NCBI RefSeq assembly: GCF_000400465.1
Contig: NW_008806280.1
Location: 30,001-62,000, forward strand
Length of the DNA: 32,000 nucleotides
Direction of reading: 5' to 3'
DNA from: Wallemia ichthyophaga EXF-994
Lineage: Eukaryota > Fungi > Basidiomycota
In this document: positions 1 to 11,613 of the stretch, in pieces
Position numbering within the stretch: position 1 is the first letter of the stretch
Layout: each line of letters starts with the position of its first letter
Position numbers and translations under genes: made by a program
The notes under the pieces: generated by a model
Told to the model about the DNA's origin: nothing
Seen by the model: the letters and a program-made list of their open reading frames with translations, nothing else
Database searches by the model: none

Positions 1-645
1 TCCCGCGAGAGCAGATGGCTGCCAACTCTGTTAGGCAAGGCGCGCAACAAGGTGGGTTGGAATTGGAGCGTAGTTTGGAAAACACCCTAACACGCACCAC
101 AGACGGTCATAAACGCCGCACTGGGATTCGACAGCTATCTCGTAATGCGTCATGGCACACCGGTCAACAAACTCGGTTGCTACTACTGTAACGATATAGT
201 CGCACCAACAGACTCACTAAGTGATCGGACACTAGACCAGATGTGCACGGTCACCAGACCGGGTGTGGCGCCTATAGCTGCTGCTACTGCCGTCGAGATG
301 CTGACATCACTCCTGCAACATCCACAGCAGAAGCATGTGGGGAGTACTCGTGCTGGTGGTGATCATGTGCACACCGATGAATCACTCCTCGGCGTTACTC
401 CTCATCAAATTCGCGGCCAGCTCGGTCGGTTTGATAACGTGCAAATCACTGGCATGGCTTTCGACCGCTGCACGGCCTGCTCGGATGTCATCCAGGATGC
501 ATACCACACCCAAGGGATGGAGATGATCAGCAGGGCTATCAACGATAGTGACTACCTCGTCAATATCAGTGGTCTGTCAGATTTATATAAAGCTTCAGAA
601 GATGCAATCAAGGATATAACAATAGAGAGTGAGGATGAGTTTTGA
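1..645 (+). CDS. ATG7: Autophagy E1-like enzyme Atg7, 3' part (gene starts before the window); intron 52..102
   Basis: Spliced frame SRESRWLPTLLGKARNK|TVINAALGFDSYLVMRHG followed by LGCYYCND..PTDSLSDRTLDQMCTVTRPG, which are the Atg7 adenylation-domain and catalytic-Cys motifs. The GT..CTAAC..CAG intron restores the frame. Confidence 0.95.
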
Positions 646-660
646 TCAATCCACCCAAAA

Positions 661-1231
661 TCACTCCAATCTTAATATCAAGTGGACACCAGAATCAGTA
701 TCGATGATGTCAGATAACTGTAAGACACCAATGTTAAACGAGGCATCTTCGAATGGTTTCTGCATCTGACCACGGCTGAATCTACCCAAGTCACCGCCTT
801 TAGCGTGAGAGGAGCAGTCAGAGTGTTCGTGTGCGAGTTTCGAGAAGACGGCGGCGAGTTCATGAGCGTGGTACTGCGAGAGGGTTGATTGCAGCTCTCT
901 CAGCTGAGCGAGGGCTTCTTCCTTTGAGCGAGTAATGTTAGCCTGTGGGTGGTGTTAGCGTGCGTGCTGCTGATACTTCCTACACTCTCACCTCCTTCCA
1001 GCTCGAAGGCCTTCTTGACTTGTTGTGCTTGATGAGAAGGTGCGACGCGCGTACTTTTTGTGGCGCTTCACCTGCGCCACCCGCACCACCCGCCAACAAC
1101 TCATATCCAGCCAGCGACTTGATTTCTTCCTGAGTTAGATTCCCCGGTGCCTCCCAGACGCTCTCCCTCGTCTCCGAATTAAAGAAATATGGCTGCTGGC
1201 GTGAGTTTGAGAATTTAATCGTCCACGTCAT
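661..1231 (-). CDS. ESS1: Parvulin peptidyl-prolyl isomerase (WW + PPIase), Ess1/Pin1; intron 943..991
   Basis: N-terminal WW domain (WTIKFSNSRQQPYFFN..SVWEAP), then VRASHLLIKHNKSRRPSSWKE|ANITRSKEEA...SDCSSHAKGGDLGRFSRGQMQKPFEDASF...DTDSGVHLILRLE*. Confidence 0.95.
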
Positions 1232-1321
1232 TTTGCAATGATGTCACGAGCCAAGGCAACTAGGCAACATTTGTTTCATTTAGGATAAAAAATTAAATTA
1301 TTACAAATTTCACTTATTCTC

Positions 1322-2713
1322 TTAGGACGTCATGTAAGTTGAGGCTTCAAGAGTCTCTGGGAGCTCTGGAATTGCAACCTCGAATCTGGACTGGATTGCT
1401 TTGAGTACATTGTCATCGTCCTCAGTAGAAACGAAAGTGATTGCTAGACCCTTTGTACCGAATCTACCTGCTCTACCTACTCTGTGAAGGTATGAGTCGG
1501 CATCTGTTGGTGTATCGTAGTTGACGACAATGTTTACTCTCTCAACATCGATACCTCTACCAAAGATATCAGTTGCAACCAAGATTCTAGACTCAAACTG
1601 CTTGAATTTGGTGTACCTCGCAATTCTCTCGTCTTGGCTCATTCTAGAGTGTATGCAAATTGATGGGAAGTTGCACTCTCTAAGTAATTTGTCTAGTTCG
1701 TTAGCTCTGAGTGTTGATTTAACAAAGATGACGACTTGGTTGAAGTCGAGGCTATCGAGGAGATCGTTCAGCTTGCGATTCTTTGTTGATTCAGATAACT
1801 TCACATAGTGCTGTTGTAAGCCGTGCAATGTAAGTTTAGTTTCATCGTCGACGTAGATTTCCAGTGGAGATTGCATGAATTTTTTGCAGACTGGTCTAAT
1901 TTCTTTCGAGAGGGTGGCACTAAACATCATGACCTGCTTGTGATGTGGTGTAGCTTTGAATATTTCCTGTACATCCCTTCTCATATCCAATTGATCGAGC
2001 ATTTTATCACACTCATCGAGAACAAAGTGTTTTATAGCCTTACCATTCAAGCTACCATCTCTAACTAAAGCGTTAATTCTACCAGGTGTACCAACGATAA
2101 CATGAGGACATTTTTCCTTGTTTTTGAGTATTTCTTGATCGGCTGCGACTGGAGTACCACCAAAGAAGACGGAGGTTCTGACGTTTGGCACGTACTTTGA
2201 GAATCTGCCGTACTCATTTTTGATTTGATAAGCGAGTTCTCTAGTGTGGCAGAGGACGATGACAGAGACTTCACCGTCAACTGGCTCCAATTGCTGCAAA
2301 GACGCCAAAACGAAGACAGCAGTCTTACCCATACCAGATTTTGCCTGGCATACAACATCCATACCGAGAATAGCCTGTGGAATACACTCTTGTTGAACTG
2401 GTTGTTGTGGCTGTGAGTTGAGTGGTTGCGTGACTTGACCAACTAACCTTCTGAAGGATGCTCAAAACCCAAATCTGAGATTGCTCGCAGCAATTCAGGC
2501 TTTAAGAGGAAATCTCTGAATCCAGTGGAGTGTATGCCAACGTAAGAGCCCTTCTTATCCTTTCCTTCTTCTGTAGGCTGCGCGGGTTGCTGCTCCTGCT
2601 GCTGCTGTGGTGCGACTTCCTCCTCCTCGTAATCAATAAGGTCTTCGTTATCAGCCCTGGAAAACGCGTATTAATATTCTCATTGCCCTATTTAACACCA
2701 ATTTATCTCACAT
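1322..2713 (-). CDS. SUB2: DECD-box RNA helicase Sub2/UAP56; introns 2657..2711 (splits the ATG) and 2398..2447
   Basis: Motifs [17 protein letters not shown] and HRVGRAGR. The reconstructed N-terminus is [14 protein letters not shown]...[34 protein letters not shown]|[12 protein letters not shown]. Confidence 0.95.
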
Positions 2714-2829
2714 TTTTTATTCACTCTGGGTGTATTCAACTAACACTCGATTCGGCGCATAGAAATTGAAAAATTATCTGAAAAGCGTGATTTATATTGA
2801 GTTTTTATATTTTCTTTTATTTTCTTATC

Positions 2830-3987
2830 TCACTTTCTAAGGCTGTCGTAATTCCTAACAAACCAATCCACGCTCTCCTCCAAAGCCTTTTCAAATGGGG
2901 TGAATTGAAAGTTACCGATGCACCTCATCAGCTTGTCGTTAGACGCAGGCTTCCTATACTGTCCATCTGGTTTGCTGGTGTCAAGGACATACTCTCCTTG
3001 GAATCCAACAGCCTTAACGACAGCATCAGCCACCTCTTTTATACTCACCTCCTCATTCTCCCCTACAGAGAGAATGACAGGTTCGATAGAATGATACTCG
3101 CGCAGCTGCCATATGAATAGCCTAGCGAGATCCAACGAGTAGATAAACTGCCGTAACGGCTTACCCGAACCCATCACCACGAATGGCTTCTTCTCCTTGT
3201 TTGCGAGGTAGCACTTGTGTATCAGGGCGGGTATAACGTGCGCGTATTCCAAGCTGTAGTTGTCATTAGGACCAAAGATATTCGTTGGAATTGCCGATGT
3301 GAACTGATTACCGAACTGGTCGTTGTACGCGTGGTTCTGTACATCTATCATACGCTTACCATATGCATAACCAAAGTTAGATGAATGTGGTGGTCCTAGG
3401 TGCACGCTCTCCTCGCGCAGCGGATAGGATACTTGGTCAGGGAAGACGCAAGTGGACAGGCAAGATATAAGTTTGTGTACCTGTGAAGGCTATGTTGAGA
3501 CTTGTAGTTGTATATGTGCTGCAAGCCACCCACCTTAAATTCATGGCTCAAGTGGAGGACATTGTCGTTAATGAGCATGTTCTCGCGCAGGAAGTCTAAC
3601 TGTGAGCGTGCGTAAGTGTGATTTACACCGCCCCATACAATATCGTACCTTGTATTTCATGTTGGCGAACAGTCCACCGACTTTCGCAGCGAGGTGTATG
3701 ACGTGCGTCGGGGAGTATTTAGCGAATACCGCACGCGCTTCTGCGTAGTTGCTAAGTGTTCATCACGTGCGCCGTAAGCACTGTTCAGGTCATTCAACCC
3801 ACACTCACCGCAGATCGCCATCAGTCGATTTGAGGAAGACCCAGGATTCGTTCGGCTGTCTCCCAAATCTACTTCCAATAGCCTCCTCATTGATCACTTT
3901 GTTTATTGCACTCCCAACTAATCCTGTTCCACCCGTAACGAGTACGACAGATGTGTTCTCTTGGCCGCTGCTACTGCTGTTGGTCAT
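2830..3987 (-). CDS. GDP-L-fucose synthase (GDP-4-keto-6-deoxymannose epimerase/reductase, GMER/TSTA3 family); introns 3752..3808, 3600..3648, 3481..3533
   Basis: [11 protein letters not shown] Rossmann motif, [28 protein letters not shown], catalytic NFGYAYGKR (YxxxK), [25 protein letters not shown] and [12 protein letters not shown]. Three GT-AG introns join the ORF fragments in frame. Confidence 0.92.
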
Positions 3988-4059
3988 TTCGGTCTAAGGA
4001 ATAAGGAATAAATATTCATCGTGCTTATAATCATATTTATTACGTTGATTGATTACGTT

Positions 4060-5841
4060 TTACAAAAATCCTGCTTCTGGTATGGACCCTTTCACCGCTT
4101 CGAAATTGTTCAGCGCTTGCTCCAAGTTCCAATTATTCGATTGAAGGCACTCTATAGAAAAGTCGTAATTGAGACGCGTCCTCACTGCCAGCTCACAAAC
4201 AATACCATGTTGCTCTTTGGAAATGTGGTCTGGTGGGTTTTTCGGCAGCTTGAGTAGTATCCCTTTACTTCCCTCCACCGTGTCGATTGTGCTGCCCTCC
4301 CTCCACGCTTCAGATTTGGATAGTGCGCGTAGTGTGAGGCTGTCCGAAACCACCGCACACGGCCATCCACTCTCGGCGGCGAGCGTTGATACCGAAGAAG
4401 GAGCAAGAATAAAAGTACGGTCAAATGACCTGAACCCCTTATTGCCATTCTCTATAAACTCACCATGCACCGAACAGAATATTACAGCTGTTGAAGGTAT
4501 CACTCCAGGCATGGTCCAGCAATCAAAAACGAAATTGTTGATATCGCTGATATTATGCGTTGTGCGTGGCAGTAGTTTTTGAGCTTCAATTATCATCTTA
4601 TTTCCAACCGACAACTTCTGGTTCCTCGTTTCGTTGTTGTAGATCTTGGAACAATTTCTAGATGTCGCTGTTGGTTTATTGTCAATGTAAGGCTTCCACA
4701 TTATTTTTGGTTTGCCGTCGTATAAATTTTGCCTTCTTGCGCGTGGAGGGGTGTTGGTGTTGACGGAGATACTGAATGTGGCTGTATCAGTGTAGGCAGG
4801 GAGTAAAGCACCTCTGTCATTATCAAAGAGACTAAAAAATCTAGTAAGAAATTCGGCAACCAATGGACCAACTTCAGCGTTATCTCTACCGAAACTACCG
4901 AGAATGGCAACAGGGAATTGAGATGGCAGGGATTTAGTTGCATCTGATTGAATGCGTTGTTTCTTTGGATCCAATTTGACACCATCACCCAAATCAAATG
5001 TTACGGAACGTTGAACAGGTTTCATATCGAGGAGTTCCAATGTAGGGAACTTCTTTATGACTCTCGCTCTCCACGTATCACCAAAGCGGGAAATGGGATT
5101 ATTTGATAGAATGAGTTCTTTGAGGTTGCGTAGTCTGCGTGAGGAGCATAAAGCGTATAGGTCTTCTACGTGTCTGAAATCGTTATCGCTGAGGCTCAAG
5201 TTTTCGAGATTTGGGATGAATTCTGGGAGAGATTTGTAAGAATGTAAATTGCGCAAGTGATTCGAGGCCAGTGAGATAGTCTTGACATCAGGGAAGAGCT
5301 CAGCAATGAGTTTAAAGAGGGAGGGACCTGCGAGTGATTTCTGTTTGGAATAACCGGGTGGAATGAAATTTGCAGATTTAAGGATATCGTCGTCGCCCAT
5401 TTTCTGGTTATTAGAGTTAGATAGGTGAAAAAACGCGTAAAACGGCCGACAAACCTCCAAATTTAGAAAATTGAGATTAGAATCGAAGCGAGTGTTTAAG
5501 AAGCGAGTCAATGCGTCGATAACGTTTCTGTCCGACGTGGGTTTTGTCGGAGGGTTATTGAGAGACACCTTCTTAGGGCGTGTGGGGGTGTTCGGACGTG
5601 AAGGAGCGCCACTCAGGCGAGATGAAGTAGATGGGCGTGCGAGAGGATTAGATTTGTTACGTATTTGAGATCTTCTTGATGAGGAATCAGCGTCTGACAT
5701 GGAAGAATCCTCATTTGTGGAACCAACGCCTCTACCGCGTTTACCCTTGTGCTTTAATAAACCGGCAGATTTTAGGAGATTGTTTCCGACGCCGGGAGCA
5801 TTTGAATTTGAATTTGAATTTTCAACACGATCGGCATACAT
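4060..5841 (-). CDS. MEX67: mRNA export receptor Mex67/NXF1 (LRR + NTF2-like + TAP-C/UBA); probable in-frame intron 5404..5454
   Basis: LRR repeats (ISLASNHL, LENLSLSDNDF, LKELILSNNPI), NTF2-like VHGEF..RSFDRTFILAP and the C-terminal RTRLNYDFSIECLQSNNWNLEQALNNF..IPEAGF. I set the start at ATG 5841 (CCACCACC-ATG context) because the longer ORF-track start overlaps PRP43 exon 1. Confidence 0.9.
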   Translation of the reverse strand: MYADRVENSNSNSNAPGVGNNLLKSAGLLKHKGKRGRGVGSTNEDSSMSDADSSSRRSQIRNKSNPLARPSTSSRLSGAPSRPNTPTRPKKVSLNNPPTKPTSDRNVIDALTRFLNTRFDSNLNFLNLEVCRPFYAFFHLSNSNNQKMGDDDILKSANFIPPGYSKQKSLAGPSLFKLIAELFPDVKTISLASNHLRNLHSYKSLPEFIPNLENLSLSDNDFRHVEDLYALCSSRRLRNLKELILSNNPISRFGDTWRARVIKKFPTLELLDMKPVQRSVTFDLGDGVKLDPKKQRIQSDATKSLPSQFPVAILGSFGRDNAEVGPLVAEFLTRFFSLFDNDRGALLPAYTDTATFSISVNTNTPPRARRQNLYDGKPKIMWKPYIDNKPTATSRNCSKIYNNETRNQKLSVGNKMIIEAQKLLPRTTHNISDINNFVFDCWTMPGVIPSTAVIFCSVHGEFIENGNKGFRSFDRTFILAPSSVSTLAAESGWPCAVVSDSLTLRALSKSEAWREGSTIDTVEGSKGILLKLPKNPPDHISKEQHGIVCELAVRTRLNYDFSIECLQSNNWNLEQALNNFEAVKGSIPEAGFL

Positions 5842-5905
5842 GGTGGTGGATTGGGGGCAACAAGCACCTTGATTAGAAACGACCAACTTTAAATTAAAAT
5901 TAAAA
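5842..5905. promoter_or_regulatory. 64-bp divergent spacer between the MEX67 and PRP43 start codons (bidirectional promoter / overlapping 5' UTRs)
   Basis: Lies between the inferred ATGs at 5841 (-) and 5906 (+), with an AT-rich 3' half. TSS not known. Confidence 0.55.
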
Positions 5906-8138
<2,233 letters not shown>

Positions 8139-8267
8139 GAGGGTGTGTGATGAGTGAGGAATAGGATTTGTATATGCAGTTATGCAGCTATACAGCTATA
8201 ATATAATCTATTTATCGTTGTTTTACCAATTTACACTTTATATTTTACCAAACTATCATGTCACCAC

Positions 8268-8933
8268 CTAGAAATCCAAACCCTTGTCGAGATCCTTGCG
8301 AATATGATCGAGCATCCCTGGTGCCATCAGGGGTTTCCCTGTACCATCGTTGAGATACCTGTAGGGCATATCGACTGACTCCTGCGGGGTAAAGACGATA
8401 GTAGGGTCGTCAACGAAATCCATCTTCTCCATAGGAATATTATCCACAACGACGCGCTTGGTAGTACCTAGAGCTGTATCGGTGGACATCTGGCGAGGAC
8501 CAAGGTGTCTACCCGGGAAACCAAATTTGCGAAGTTCCTTGGTACGATCGCGTGGAGGATCGTCACCGAGAATACCACCGAAGAGGAAATGGGAGAAGGT
8601 TTCCAAATCCTGTGGTTGGATGGGCTGCTCAGCTTTAGGGTCGAGAAGACAGACTTTCTCATGAGGGATGCCCTCGCGCGTGATTATATCCATAATGCCC
8701 TCCTTGTAGCACTCCGTGGTTGCCGCTTTGCCTTGGGATGGCGCCAGTGCCTGGTTGAGACTGTCGTAGGATGTCGACGATAGGTTCGTGTATATCACAC
8801 GGGCATTCTCACCCGCATGCGTAGACGCTGCCATATTGCGATACTCTCTTAAACTCCATTCCGGTATCTTGTAGCCTTCTGGCTCTTCTTCTTCGACGTG
8901 CTCAATTACGTAGGTTGGGTACGCGGCTGGCAT
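8268..8933 (-). CDS. SFM1: Sfm1-like SPOUT methyltransferase
   Basis: YVIEH..E...EWSLREY, LLDPKAEQPIQPQD..FSHFLFGGILGDDPPRDRTKELR..GFPGRHLGPRQMSTDTA and ESVDMPYRY match the fungal Sfm1 family. First ATG at 8933. Confidence 0.85.
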   Translation of the reverse strand: MPAAYPTYVIEHVEEEEPEGYKIPEWSLREYRNMAASTHAGENARVIYTNLSSTSYDSLNQALAPSQGKAATTECYKEGIMDIITREGIPHEKVCLLDPKAEQPIQPQDLETFSHFLFGGILGDDPPRDRTKELRKFGFPGRHLGPRQMSTDTALGTTKRVVVDNIPMEKMDFVDDPTIVFTPQESVDMPYRYLNDGTGKPLMAPGMLDHIRKDLDKGLDF

Positions 8934-9124
8934 GGCTGTGGTGGTGGTGGTATGAAGAAGGTGCGGCGAGTTGTTGGCGCTGGCAGCACTCAACACTCAA
9001 CACTAAGCACTCACCCACTCACCCACTTAAGATTCTTATATTTACTAGGAATATTTAAATATTACTTTGACATGATATCATGCTTGCGAAAATCTGCATA
9101 CTTTACAAACACTACACATTCCCT

Positions 9125-10745
9125 CTACACGCACTCCCTCCGCACATCTACAGTGCACTGCGTTCCAGCGGCAGCGAAATGCGCGCGGATGAGCTGAGAC
9201 GCGGACAGGGTGAGGTTGAAGATATCCACGTCGGAGGTCTCCTTCCCGACGAGCACTTTGAGCGAGACAAAGGAGGAGCCGAGTGAGTGTGCATTTGAGA
9301 TTCCAGTAGCCGACGAGAAAGAGGAAGAGCACGAGGAATTGCGAGCGAGATCCACACAACTCGCATCATCATCGAGCAGTGTCGTGCTAGCAGCGCCTGG
9401 TGTTATCTGGAAGATGCGCGGGAGGTCCAAGTGCTTGACTAGTGGGTGAGTCTCGATCTGTGCGAGTTTGTGAGTGTGCGCCCGCAAATGATAATCAACT
9501 CACCTCGCGCAACGCTTCACGCAGTATCGGGATCGTCGTAGACGTCGGCGCCGTCTGCAATAGGATTCGCGAGAGGGTGATCAGAGATGGGTATATCAGG
9601 TATCCGATGCATACTGCCATACAGCCCGCTATCACTTGGTCACAGATATGGTGGTGGGGGGGTGGTATGAGCGCGGCTGTGAGCCACATCGCACTTCCGA
9701 ACAGACTAATTAGGCAGCTATATGGATTGTTGATAAAGCTGGACATCTTGGGAGCGTTGTATAGCAGCGTGCCTGTGATGAGCGCTAGTGAGTGGTGGTT
9801 GTGGTAGTACTTGTTGGCAATATATGGTAGTATCGCAGAGAGCAGGATTAGATGAGTGGGGAAGGGAATACCATACTTGTGGTCATATTCATTGTATTCT
9901 CGGTAGTCATCTTCAGTGGAAGATATCAGCGCGTGTTCTACCGACTCCTTAGCAAGATAGGTCACGGCAAAGACTAAATAAATGACTTGCGTAAACAATG
10001 ATAGAGTTTCTAGCCTGCGTATCCCGAACGGCTTCTTGTACGTAGGAGACACCGTCCTGTACCAGTCGAACAGGTTGATGGAGATGAGCGATATGCTGTC
10101 GAATGTAATCAAGTAACCCATTCCAGTGGTCGATAGACTCTCAATTCGTTGTCCTGCAAGCCATAACCAGGCGCCGAGGAGTAATTCAACACCAGTGAAT
10201 GCAAATTTTCTCAAACTAAACGCTCTTCTTTCGAAAGTGGGTGGTGGGGCAGGTTTGCTGTCCTTTGTTTTGGCAAAGTTGGAGGATAACTTGGAAGACA
10301 CAGCGCTGTTCACAGTCACGGTGGGGTCGTTGAAGCTAAAAAAAGCATGAGATAGTGAACGCTTATGGTGGTGCTTGCGTCGATTAGGCTTATCTGAAGA
10401 AGGAGTAGTGTTAAGAGAGGGAGTGAGAATTTGATTGGGTGGAGTGAAATTCAAGCTGTTTGAGCTTGTCTTTGTATTCAACTGTGTGTCTGGGTGCGGA
10501 TCCTCAAGTAAAGTGCCCATTGAGCCGACAGCGCCGACAGAACTGAACATTCTCTTATGTGAAGGCAGTAAGGGTATTATATTCACATCCTCATTCTCTA
10601 CGTCGTCTGTGCTGTTCGCAACGGTTGCGCCATCCAAAGGCTCCCAGATTGAATGCTTCTTGATATGGTTAGAATTAGTAGAGCCAGGCTGCCTTGGAGA
10701 GCCACTGCCAACATTCCCCTTGTACTCCTGCAATGGCGAATTCAT
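9125..10745 (-). CDS. Cation diffusion facilitator (Zrg17-like ER zinc transporter subunit); intron 9458..9503
   Basis: Long Ser-rich N-terminus with a His cluster (KHHHKRSLSH), TM segments, PFGIRRLETLSLFTQVIYLVFAVTYLAKESVEH and SRILLQTAP. The cytosolic C-terminal domain joins after a GTGAGT..CACAG intron. Confidence 0.75.
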
Positions 10746-10824
10746 TTAATCAATTTGACAGTGACGGTACACGGTTCAAGTTGCACACCCAGGATATCGT
10801 AATTGATAAGAAATTAAATTTAAA

Positions 10825-11591
10825 ATGAGCGCATCAGTGTTATCGCAGCAGGCGCGTGATGAGCGTGATTTACGTGTTCCATCCAGCACACCGCCTCCAC
10901 TGCCAGAAGAAGAAGAGCCTCCATTGCCAGACGAGGAGGAGCCCGTGTTGGAACAATCAGAGAGCGCAGGGAGCTCAGAAAATCCCCAGCAATCCCACCA
11001 ACCCCATCCTCAAATCTTACACGGAAAGAACGGCTGGTCAGCCATCTACGAGCCAAATTCATCGCAATACTACTACTACAATCAATCTACGGGCGCAACG
11101 ACCTGGCAAAATCCATTCTCTAATATAAATCCACAACATGACTCAATCAATACAAACAAACGCGAATTCTATCATGAAGAAGATGACGCGATTGATCCCG
11201 AGTTGGCCCATTTGATGCCCTCATCCAGTACTGATCCTGCTGGGTTTGTCCAGGCAAAGTTCAACGCTCGCACCGGTCAGTTCAACAGCAAAAGTTGGCA
11301 GACACCCGAGCACGTCTCCGCAATCAACAAGTCCAGGCGGCAACAAGGTGTGTAGACTATATATCAAATCTACCACCCCTTACCCACCTCACAGCTGCTT
11401 TCTTTGATCTCGATGCTTTCGAGAGGCAGAGAAACGACGACCATATGGCGAAAAAGGCTAAAATTGATGAGTTGGGTAAGGACAGTGTCAAGCCTAAGCT
11501 CTCAAAGGATCAAGTCAAGATGTATAAGGAACAGAAAGCAGCCAAGAGGTACAAAACCAAAACCGACTGGCTTGTGAATGACGATAAGTAG
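10825..11591 (+). CDS. Fungal WW-domain protein of unknown function; intron 11348..11394
   Basis: Repeated PPLP motifs, a WW domain (GWSAIYEPNSSQYYYYNQSTGATTWQNP), AKFNARTGQF and a Lys-rich C-terminus. Splicing joins ORFs 10825 and 11295 (RRQQ|AAFFDLDAFE). Confidence 0.75.
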
Positions 11592-11613
11592 TATAACTAG
11601 CTGATTACTTCAA

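Noticed and set aside
9078-9449. Small standalone ORFs between SFM1 and the CDF gene
   Set aside because: The region is the last exon of the CDF transporter (9125..9457, minus strand). The other ORFs are shadows.
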